A stretch of 64,000 nucleotides of DNA from Torpedo marmorata. Its lineage: Eukaryota. Within the stretch, counting starts at the first letter, position 1. The number at the start of each line of letters is the position of its first letter. The position numbers and the translations under genes are program-made. Below are positions 10,701-22,700 of the stretch, in pieces. The notes beneath the pieces are model-generated. The model did no database searches, was not told where the DNA came from, and was given only the letters and a program-made list of their open reading frames with translations. The stretch lies in the NCBI GenBank assembly GCA_977017645.1, contig OZ360241.1, forward strand, positions 61,318,001 to 61,382,000, given 5' to 3'.

Positions 10701-13700
10701 TGAACTTTGAAGTGGAGTCATTGTTGTAATGATATCTTGTACGTAAAAAGCTCTGGTTCTTTTGGTTGAAGGACAATGAGGATCCCTACCCTGTTTTGTT
10801 CAAATGGAAGAGACACTCAAGAGAGAGCAGCCAAAGGCTTGGTTGAATGTCTCGACCAGCATGTCACACTGGCAGTGTGGCACTCCCTCATGAGTACACA
10901 GGAGTGTTGGCTTAGATTTTTGTGCTTGAGTATTTGTGCAAGTCTGGAGCATAGGTGCTGTCTATTCAAGAATGGCTGATACCAATTGTACATTTCTAAA
11001 TCTGGCAAGAAATTCACAGTGTCAGGTAAAGGGATGATGATGGAAGTTCAAACAGATTAAAGATTGGTTTGGAGTTGAACGATGTTGCTGCAACTGGGAC
11101 CATTATTGTAGTCTGAGCTTCTCTTTCTGGCTGTGCAGGGGCATAGGTTCCAACAATGCTGCCCATTGGTTGCTCTCCAAAACCTCACCTAACTGGTCAT
11201 TGGATCATGGCTGGTTCTTGTCACATGAACAACCGCCCACCTCACTCTCCAGTGCTCCCTAACCCAGCCCAGAGATGCTGAGGAACATTTGCTTGCATGG
11301 ACTGGCTGAGTTCTTGACTTGAGGTTATTTTGGTAAATCATGTTTTGTTTGTCAATTTTCCCCAGGTGCTGGCCAGTTTGCGGACCGTGAGGCATAATTT
11401 TGCCACCCTGACAAATCTCCAGGATCAAGTGAAGAGCAGGTAAGTGTTTTACTTCTGAGCTGAGGGTAGTTAGAGTGGGGTCACCCATTGTCAATCAATT
11501 TAAATAATATACAATCTCCACCTGTGGCCTCCAGTCATGCCTCTGGAATAGGATCCATGAAGTGCTTCCAGGAGCCAACCTAGACATAATGGATAATGAA
11601 TCAGAGAATTCGCAACCTGCTGAGGACGAGAACAAGGGCGTTTAAGGCCGGGGACCGGGATCTTTACAAGAAGTCCAGGCACGACCTGCGGAAGGCCATC
11701 TCTGAAGCAAACTGGCAATTCCGGAGGAAGCTAGAGACAGAGACAGATACACGCCAGCTATGGCAGGGAGTGCAGGCCATTACAGCCTACAAAGCGAGGG
11801 CGAACACTATAGACGGCTGTGATGCTTCACTACCCGATGAGCTGAACACCTTCTATGCCCGCTTTGAGAAGAAGAACAAAACAGTGCCTTCTAGAATCCC
11901 TGAAAAGGCTGAGGACCCTGTGATATTTGTCTCTGAGGGCGACTTCAGAACATCATTCAAGAGGGTGAACCCTCGCAAGGCGTCAGGCCCTGACGGCGTA
12001 TCTGGCAGGGTACTGAAAATCTGCGCCAACCAACTAGCCGGAGTGTTCACGGACATTTTCAACCTCTCATTGCGGCAGTCAGAGGTTCCCAACTGCTTCA
12101 AAAGGGCATCAATCATCCCGGTACCCAAGAAGAGTAGTGTGGGCTGCCTCAACGACTACTGCCCAGTAGCACTAACTTCTACTATGATGAAATGCTTTGA
12201 GAGGCTGGTCATGACCAGAATTAACACATACCTAAGCAAAGATCTGGACCCAATGCAATTCGCCTATCGTCACAATCGCTCCACAGCAGATGCAATATCT
12301 CTGGCTCTCCACTCAGCTCTGGATCACCTCGAAAACAGCAATTCATACATACGGCTGCTCTTCATCGACTACAGCTCGGCCTTCAATACCATTATTCCCT
12401 CAGTGCTGGTCAAGAAGCTACAAACTCTAGGCCTCTGTACTCCCCTCTGCAACTGGATCCTTGACTTTCTCATCGGAAGACCACAGTCAGTACAAATTGG
12501 AAACAACGTCTCCTCCTCACTGATTATCAACACAGGCGCACCCCAAGGATGCGTGCTTAGTCCACTGCTCTACTTGTTATGCACCCATGACTGTGTGGCC
12601 AGGCACAATTCCAATGCCATCTACAAGTTTGCCGATGACACCACAGTTGTCAGCAGAATCACAAAGGGCAATGAGGAAGCATACAGGAGGGAGATAGATC
12701 AGCTCGTTGAATGGTGTAATGACAACAACCTTGAGCTCAACGTCAGCAAAACCAAGGAGATGATTGTGGACTTCAGGAGGAAATCAGGGGAACACGACCC
12801 AGTCCTCATCGAGGGCTCAGTAGTGGAGAGGGTCAAGAACTTCAAATTCCTGGGTGTCAACATCTCCGAGGATCTGTCCTGGAGCATCCACGTTGATGCA
12901 ATCACAAAGAAGGCTCGTCAGCGGCTATACTTTGTGAGGTGTCTGCGGAGATTCGGTATGTCACCGAAGACTCTCGTAAACTTCTACAGGTGTACCGTGG
13001 AGAGCATTCTGGCTGGTTGCATCACTGCCTGGTACAGAGGCGCCAACTCCCAGGACAAGAGTAAACTCCAGAGGGTTGTTAACTCGGCCTGTGACATCAC
13101 AGGCATTAAACTTCACTCCATCGAGGACATCTACATGAGGCGGTGTCTTAAAAAAGCAGCCTCTATCCTCAAAGACCCCCACCACCCAGGCCATGCCCTC
13201 TTCACTCTGCTTCCATCGGGAAAAAGGTACAGGAGCCTAAAGACGAGCACTCAACGGCACAAGGACCGCTTCTTCCCCGCTGCCATCAGATTCCTGAATA
13301 ATCAATGAACCAAAGACACTGCCTTACTTTTCATGCACTATTGTTTATAATTTTTTATAGTAATGTCGTAAGATGGTTAATACGAATGTTAATTGCACTA
13401 TGATGCTGCCGCAAAACACCGAATATCATGACTTGTTCATGACAATAAATTCTGATTCTGATTCTAATGCCAACAGGCAATTTGTGCCTCACTGAAGGGC
13501 AGGCAGCATCTCACAAGTACTCCATGACCTTCCCATCAATCCCCACTGTCAGGTGTTTGAGAGATTCATCAAGCGGATTTGGAGCATAGTGATTGAGATG
13601 ATTTCAGATTTATTGTCAGAGTACATACATGACATCACATACAACCGTGAGATTCTTTTTCCTGTGGGCGAGACAGAATGACCACTTACACGTACACTTG

Positions 13701-16700
13701 TAGACAAATAAAGAAATGTAAACAAACTGACTGTGCAATACAGAGAGAAAAAAATCAATAAATTGTAAAAGTAAGAGTCCTTAAATTAGATGTTGAGCCC
13801 AGCAGAGCAGGAAGGTTACAGCCCCCCTCACAGTTAGTGGCCAACAGAATGGATGTGGTTAGGCCGACTACAATTGCCTTCGTTGCTTGGGTTAGGGGAG
13901 GGGGCAAAACAAGATTTCAAGATCAAGATTCAATTTATTGTCACGTAATAAAGACAGAAAAATATTACACAAAATTTGTTTTCGTCTGCCGTAAGGCAGA
14001 CAGATTCGCCGTCGGCAGAAATCGCCTGAAGTTCTTCTTACAGTCAGAGAAAGAGAAGCAAAAGAGAATCCCCTCAGAGTCACCGAGTGTCCGAGGATTC
14101 GCCTCCAGCGCTTCCGCAGCCCCTTCAGCCACAGAGTCCAGTCCAAACCATCAGCAGCCCGAGCTCGAGATCCGAACCTCCGACACGATCAGGAACCCTT
14201 CAGCGCCCTCGGGACCCCCTCACATCCCAGTTCTGATACCTGGTACCCCTTCAGCCAGTCTTGAGCCAGTCTCCAGCAGTCTGCAGCCCAGTGTGAATCC
14301 CTCGTCCGCAGTCGCCAGCGGCCCACAGCCTGCATGGATTCCTTGCCTCGAGTCGGCAACAGCCCACCGCCTGTGTGTTCTTCAGCCTCAGAGCCCCTCA
14401 CTGGTCCGCCGCCGTGGACACCGTCCCGTGGGTCGTCTCCTCTGCTTCTCCTTCTCAAACAGGGGGTGGTCTCCCCATTTTCTGATGCCCTGCACCAGTC
14501 CTCCACTTCCCCGGAATCTGCAACCCCTCGTGGCTGCTGCCGGTCATAGGCGCCGCCATCATGGGCGCAGACCCCGCGGTTGCAGTATTTTTAAATAAAA
14601 CCACCGTTGGCTCCATTTACAGGCCGTTTAAAGCCTGTTCAAAGCTGACGGCAGTCGTACTGGGCGGTTGGACCCCGCAGGAGTGCTGTGACTCCGCTCC
14701 CTGCTTTCCACGGGTCCGCACCAGCGGCAGCACTGCCGTTACAGCAGCTCCGGCACCACCGCCATTTTCAAACAGGGGGTGTCTGCTGTTGGACTGCAAT
14801 GCAGTGGCTGAGATGTATGAGCTAGGACTATGGTTGACAGCCAGATCACGCCAAACTACTGCCTGTACAGTTGATTAGTTGTCCACCATTGCTGTCAGTT
14901 GATGTAAAACATGGTCACCAGGCGAGGGAAACAAAGAACAGGATATCAAAAAAGCTGATGCTTTTGGAAAAAGGGAGTGAATGCTACTCCTACGGAATAA
15001 TTCATTATCCTTATCAAATGATTTTTATATGTAAATTTGGTTATATTTCCTTTAAGAACAGCAGTTTGTAAAATGTATTGTACAGTGCGGGATTTTTAAG
15101 GGTACGTCAAACACCCTCAAGTTCATGGAGACACAGAAGACTGCAGGTGCTGGAATCTAAAGTTAAACAACCTTCTGGAGGAATTCAGAGAGTTGAGCAG
15201 CATCAGTAGGAGAAAAAGAATGGTTGATGTTTCGAGATGAAACTCTTCATCAAGTCTTGATGAAGGGCTCCAGCCTGAAATGTCGACCATATTTTTACAA
15301 TAAGTCACATTAATATAATATTACAGTACTTCAGTTACACACTATTTACAAGTTCAAATTATAGCAGTCATCACCGTGCAGAATGCACTCGAGCCCTTGC
15401 GGTGCCCACCGGTCCCGGAAATCTCTCCATTGTAACCAGGGACAGCGTGTGGTCCTTCTCGAGAGAAACACGGGCATATCCCCGGAAGATGGACAGGCAG
15501 TCAACCCGGGCTAGACCTTCGACTGCCTGCTGCCTAGACCCATGAATGACCAACTTGGCCAGGCCCAGGATCAAACTGACCAGGAGATCCTCCAAGCAAC
15601 CCGGCCCCCCCCGCCCCCACCCTCCCGTCACCAGGTGACCGATGATCAGGAGCGTGGGTCTGAAATGCAGCCAGAGCTGTCACTGCACTGCGAGTGTTTG
15701 ACAGGCAATGTGGAGGTAGATTTACTGCATCTACCCGATATTTTAATCAGCACTCTCCCTGCCAGATAGAGCAAGCTTTACTCTATGTCTACTTGCTCTA
15801 GCAGACCTGGGCATGTTTGCAGGATAGCCATCTTCAGTGAGAGGTTCTATTTATATCTGTACAAAGTGAAGGGAGGGATGTTTAGGGGAGACATCAGGGG
15901 TAAGTTTTTTTTTAAACAGAGAGTTGTGGGTGGCTGGAATGCCTTGCCAGGGATGTGGTGGAGGCTGAAACATTAGGGTAAGAGACTCTTAGACAGGCAC
16001 ATGGATGAAAGAAAAATAGAGGGTTACGAGATAGGAAGGGTTTAGTATTTTTTTTTTGGTAGGAATATATAGGTCGGCACAACATCGAGGGCTGAAGGGC
16101 CTGTACTGTGCTGTAATGTTCTATGTGCTACTTCCACTGGTTTAAGATTGACCTGAGACTGCATGGCAGGTCTTGGCCACGGACATGCTCCTCATCCATC
16201 TTCCTGCTTCCTCCCTTAGCTGGCGATCGACGGGATGCAGCCCAGGAATCAGTCGGCCGATCCCACTCGGTGAGTGACAGATTGGATTGGACCCTCCTTG
16301 TCGGGAGCTTCCCTCTCCTTCATTTCAAAGCGGTGGCGTGCTACAATGCTTGGCCATAGGCTTATAGCAGTGCCAGGCTCCTCTGAGGTTCTCGTTGCAG
16401 TGAACAGTAATTGCTCTCATCTTCGTCCACAGGTTCAGAATAGTCGCGAGATCAAAGGCACTGAGTGTGTGGTGATCTTTGCCATCCATGTAACATCAGA
16501 GACAGTCCTGGTCATGGGAGGGTGAGGTTTGAGCTCATTTGAGGATGTGTCACCTGAATTTGTGAGATTCCTAATGTCCGGCTTGGTCCTGCTTTTGCTG
16601 CTTTTATTTCCTCAAACCTCACAGATTTATCCCAGCACAGGAGGAGCTTGTTCAACCCATCAGGTCCGTGCTGGCTCTATGAACAAGTTCTCCAATAAGT

Positions 16701-19700
16701 CCCACTGTCTTGCTCCATTCCCTGCTGTATTTTTTTTTCCCTTTTCAATAATTTGTCCAACTGCCCTCTCATGAAAGTCCCTGTTGAATCTGCTACCACC
16801 ACCCTTTTGGGCAGCGTGTTCCAGATTAGCAACTGGCTGCGTAAAAATATTTCTTCTCCTTTCCCCTTTTGTGTTTAGCCGATCCTTTTCCATCCCACCA
16901 CAGTTTCACTGTACTTATCTGATCAAAGCCCTTTGCAGTTTTGATCAGCTCGACTGAATGTACCCAGAGGCCCTTCCAATGCTGCAACAGCGATCCAAAA
17001 CCCTTCAGTCTTTTTGAGTAACTGGTCCATTATTGTTGGTGCAAAATGTTGATAGATCTCCTCGCCAAGCAACATTTTGCACCAACAATCTTCCTCACTT
17101 GTGGTGTCAGAAATGAACACTATTCCCATCAATGTCCAATATGTGATTGGTACAGTGTCTCCACCCATTTTAAGCAAATGGGATTTTCGTCTCTCCACAG
17201 TTGAGAATTGTTCACTGTACAGTGGTTAGAAGCAAGGGTGGGGTGGGGGGTCTTCTCTGGGGGGGGGAAAATGGCCAGCAGCCCCAGTGGCCGCAAGTTC
17301 CACTGTCACCACCAGCTGCACTGTGACACACCTGGCCAGCACTTGGCTGCTTCATTTTCCATTGGATGAGTATTCCAAAGTTTGGTGGGATGGCTCACTC
17401 TGCCCCGTCATGGTAATGGAATGGAATTAAGTATGACTGCTGATTAGTGATGGGATGAAAGGGATTTTTGTGGCACTTTTCACAACTACCTGGCTTCTCA
17501 ATTGATCAGTTGATGCAGCATCTCTCCCTAAAAATCTCTTCCTTGTTTTCAAATGTCCCCTTTAGCCTTGGAATTCCTTGGTCCCTGCACTCCACCGCTT
17601 CTGGGCCATAGATGATACCCCGTCTCTATTGCTCCACCACTGGGACTCGTGCCTTCAGCTGCCTGGGTTCTAACATCTGGTATTCCCTCCTTAAATCTCT
17701 CCACCTCTCTCCTCCTATAAGATGCTCCATAAAATCCATGCCCTTGTCAAAGCTTTTGGTCACCTGTCCGAATGTAATGATGACAATAGGGAGCACTCCC
17801 TTGTTTTTCTTTGAATTAGTTCATATAATCTTTTACACCTACCTGAGAGGGCGAATGGGGTCTCAGGATAAGGCTGTAAGCAAAAGATGCATGGCGAATG
17901 GGGTCTCAGCATAAGACTGTAAGATGGTTGACAAAATTAAAAGGGCCTGGGAAGAGGAACTTCAGTTACATCTTCCAGAGGAATCATGGGAGAATATTTT
18001 TGGATTGGTTAATACCTCTTCAATATGTGCTCGTCATTCTTTGATTCAGTTTAATATGGTACATCAGGCTCATATGTCGAAAGACAAATTGGCCCGTAAT
18101 TTTTCTAACGTTAGTCCTATTTGTGATAGATATAAATCAGAAGTTGCTTCTCTAACTCATATGCTTTGGTCATGCCTTATGTTGGAGAGGTATTGGATAG
18201 ATATTTTTAAGACTTTGTCAGCTATACTGGATATTAGTTTGCAATCTAACCCATTGACTGCTCTTTTTGGAATTATAGTTTCTGAAGTGGGACGAGCTCC
18301 CACTTCCACACATCGGGTTGTAGCCTTTTCTACATTGTTGGCTAGAAGAGATATTTTATTTAAGTGGAAAGATTCTAATCCACCTACTTTGACTCAATGG
18401 TTCTCTCAAATTATGTCATGTTTAAGTTTAGAGAAAGTTAGGAGTCGTACATTTGATACTTCTGTTAAATTTGAAGAGACTTGGCGACCTTTTATAAATT
18501 ATTTCTACATGACCTAGTTAGTATAATTATTTTCCCTTCCAGACTATATTAAATTTTATTTTCTTTCTCTTTGTTGGTGAAGACTAGACGATTAATTTTA
18601 TTAATAAATTCTCAGGATAGGCTGCCATTTTTTTTGTTTTGTTTTTGTTTTGTTTTGGGTTTTTTTAGATTAGGTGGTGGGGTTCTATATAATTTTTTTA
18701 AAATCCTTTTTTTTGGAAGATTTCAGTTTGAGGAGTTGAGAACATATTCATTAATTATGGTGTAATGCAATATGTTATATCATATGATGTTATATAGTGA
18801 TTTTTTTTTCTTCTTAGTACCAATAGCCTGAATACGACTGAGATTGTCTGATCTCAAAAGCTAAGCAGGCACAGGACTGGTCAGTACTTGGAGGGGAGAC
18901 CGCCAAGGAACACCAGGTGCTGTAGGTTTCTGTGAGGGGCGCTGGACAAAGTAGCGACCCTCTCTCTGCCTTACGGTAGACAAAAATTAAAGAATTTCAT
19001 GTATGTTACATTCTAAATGTAGTATTACGTGACAGTAATGGAACCTTTACCTTTACTCCTACTCTCCTCATGTATTGTTTACCTATAATATGATTAATAA
19101 AAAGATTGAAAAAGAAAGAAGACTGTAAGATGGGGTCTCAGGATAAGACTGTAAGCAAAAGATGCATCTCTGACAGTGTAGCACTCCTTCTACAAGTCGC
19201 TGGAGCACCAGTCTAAATTTCAATGCCCTGGTTGCAAGAGTCCACTTTAAATCCACAATCTGCTGTCTCAGGCTTGGCTGAGCCACAAATGGTACATTGA
19301 GAATTGATTTTCTGGGCTTTGAACCCTCATTAGCATGCCCACAGATTCATCAATACCTGTGATCAAGATTGTATCATTCCATGCCCCCGAGTCATCCTTC
19401 CTGGTCTAGAGCAGTAAACTCCAGGTCGGGTTTTTCCTTCCACCATCTGGCAGTGTACCTGGGGAGCCCACACAGGGCTGCCTCTCATTTTGCAGTGAGT
19501 ATGCTAACCATCTGTTTGACGTCAGCAGAGGGCCATTAATAAGAACTCCAGAAGCTGGTTCTTTGCTCCAAGCTGTTGGTTTACCATGCCAGCTGCCCTT
19601 CCCCCACGCAAGGCAGCCACGCCGTCATCTCTTGCCACTCTCCTCTCCCAGCTTAACCCTTTTCTGTATGAGGTACTGGAAGGTGGTTGAGCTACAGGTT

Positions 19701-22700
19701 TGAAGGCTGTCATACCGACACAAGGCACTGAGTAATTTCCTGCACCCTTTGTTTGCCTATTTAAAGGGGCACTGCTGCGCTCTGTAGACTGGCCTTGTTG
19801 CTTGCCTATTGGCAATCACGAGCCGTCGGTCAGTAGCCCATGTTGTAGCCTGAAGCTACTTGCCTGCCAGGAAGGTTAATGCTAGTTGCGCCAACCCTTC
19901 ACTTAAAGGGCTTGGGGGGATGGGAACTTCCTCACTTCTCAGTCCTTCGGTATCCCGTGTATACATCATGGGGTCCGTCTGCTAGGTTTTGCCTCATTGT
20001 CCTTCTGAAGAACCATAGAACATAGAATATTACAGCACAGTACAGGCCTTTCGGCCCTCGATGTTGTGCTGAACTATATATTCCTACCAAAAAAAAATAC
20101 AAAACCCTTCCTACCTCGTAACCTTCTATATTCCTTTCATCCACGTGCCTGTCTAAGAGTCTCTTAAATGCCCCTAATGTTTCAGCCTCCACCACCATCC
20201 CCGGCAAGGCATTCCAGGCACCCACAACTCTGTGTGTAAAAAAACCTACCCCTGATGTCTCCCCTACACTTCCCTCCCTTCACTTTGTAAAGATGTCCCC
20301 TGGCGTTTGCTATTCCTGCCCTGGGAAAAAGGCGCTGGCTGTCCACTTCTCAGAATCTTGTAGACCTCTATTAAGTCTCCTCTCATCCTTCTTCACTCCA
20401 AAGAGAAAAGTCCCAGCTCTGCTAATCTTGCCTCATAAGACTTGTTTTCCAATCCAGGTAACATCCTGGTAAATCTCCTCTGCACCCTCTCCATAGCTTC
20501 CACATCCTTCCTATAATGAGGTGACCAAAACTGAACACAATACCCTAAGTTTGTTCTCACCCTTCAGGAGTTCTGTAACAAAGTAAAACCGTACATTTAG
20601 CCACAGGCATGCCACTGTTACCTCTGCAATAGCAGCACTGAGGATTTCTACATGGGTGTGGGTCTCAGCGGGTGAATGCACAACCTGGAGTGGAGCGTGC
20701 TGACTAGTTCCATCCTTGCTATGTGCTGAGATCGCAGGTCTCACGCTCACCCTCCAAAACCATACAGTGCTTCTAGGTTATTTGATGTATTTTGGCGTTG
20801 CGGACTTGTGGACTGGAGGGGCCTGTTTCCGCTCTGTATCTCTAAAAAAAAAGATTTGGTCTCGGCATTCCTGGGACAGAGAGCAGATAATGAACCCAGA
20901 ATTCCCATCCTTGATCTTCTCCCAAAGACTCTTGGATGCGCATGTCTGAGATGAGGTTGGGATTGGAAACAGCTGTAAGGTGCTCCAAAGTCAAATAACA
21001 GCTGTGTTCAGTCTCTCAGCCAAGACGAATATTGCCCTCCTCTGATCTGAAGCAGCAGTCCTGATAGAAGTAAATCACGAAAATCTGTAGACACCGTGGT
21101 TGAAGTAAAAAACACAAATGCTGGAGAAGCTCAGCAGGTCAAACAGTGTCTTTTATGTAGCAAAGGTAGAAATACATAACCGATGTTTTGGGCTTGAGCC
21201 CTTCGTCAAAGTATGAGAAAATGCCGGCAGAAATACATAACTGACGTTTCGGGCTTGAGCAGATCCCTGGCTTCCTTCTCCAAGCACCCACCCTGCCCCA
21301 CGCTCCCATCAGCAGCTCCCTCACTGCAGCCGGTGAGGTCATTGTGATATGAGACATAACAGTTTATTGTCATGTTCATCTATGAACCAGAGATCAAAGT
21401 TGTACATTTCCTGGAGACAAGAAAGACTGCAGGTGCTGGAATCTGGAGCAAAAAAAAAACAACCTGCTGGAGGAACTCAGCAGGTCGAGCAGCATCAATG
21501 GGAGAGAAAGAATAATCGACGTTTCGGGTTTTGATGAAGGGTTCCGATCCAAAACCGTTGGCCATTCTTTTTCTCCCACTGATGCTGCTCGAGCTGCTGA
21601 GTCCCTCCAGTGGATTATTTATTTTCCCTCTCCACGTGGGATGAAACGTGATTGAAAATCCCAGACTTTGTCAGTTCACAGAGCCCAACTCCGGGACCAT
21701 GTCATATGCATGGATCTTCCACTCTGACCTGCAACAATCAGAATTTACATAAAATCCATAGAAATAAATGCAGGAGGAGACGATTCATTCCTGTGCCTGC
21801 TCTGCTATTCAGTACTCTCATGCCACTTTCCCTCGCTTATGCCGCAAACTTCGATCCCGATAATATCCAAAAATCTAGTATTTAAAAAAAAAATTTAGAC
21901 ACACTGTACAGCACGGTAACATGCCCTTTCGTCCTACGAGCCCGTGCCGCCCAATTACACTCAATTGACCTACAACCCCCCGGTACGTTTTGAAAGGTGG
22001 GGGGGAAACCGGAGCCCCCGGGGAAAACCCACGCAGACACGGGGAGAACGTACAAACTCCTTACAGACAGTGTGGGATTCGAACCCCAGTCCCGATCACT
22101 GGTGCTGTAATAGTGTTGCGCTAACCGCTAGGCTAAACGCGCTGCCCCAGTACAGTATTCTCTGTCTTGAATAAACTGAACGACTGAATCTCCACAGCCC
22201 TCCAGAATAGTGAATTCCAAAGGTTCACTGCCCTTTGGGTGAAGAAATGTGTTTTTTTTTCAGTCCTGACTGGTGGACCCTTATTATTGTCCTGTCAGCC
22301 CCACCCCCAAAAAACCCTACCGCACACCCCAGTTTGAGATTCTTGAAGGCAGTGGAAATATCATCCCTATATCTATCCTGCTGAGCCCATTAAGACTTTT
22401 GTATGTTTCAATGAGATCACTTCTCATTCTTCTAAACGCGAAAGAATGTAGAGCCATTGTACGTAATCTCTCTTCAGACAACAAGCAGCCATCCCAGGAA
22501 TCAGGTTAACCATCATTCCACTCTATCTATTGCAAACATATCCTCTAACACAAACACAGTAAATGGTCAGGCCCTGGGGAGTGTTGTAGAGCAGGGAGAG
22601 ACCAGGGTACAGTTACATAATTCCCTGAAAGGAGTGACTCGGTCAGACAGGGTGGTGATAAAGGTGCCTGCTGTGTTTGCCTTCATTGGTCAGGGCATTG

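Noticed and set aside
13837-14598. 253-aa ORF
   Set aside because: Antisense to a GC-rich retroposon, no recognisable domain, non-ATG start.
18816-18930. 5S rRNA genes (also 36958-37075)
   Set aside because: 5' end divergent, no oligo-T terminator, and a shared body and tail follow, so these are SINE heads.
21285-21332. Alternative candidate for the LR1 linker exon
   Set aside because: 48 nt and wrong phase; 16220-16269 fits size, phase and splice signals.
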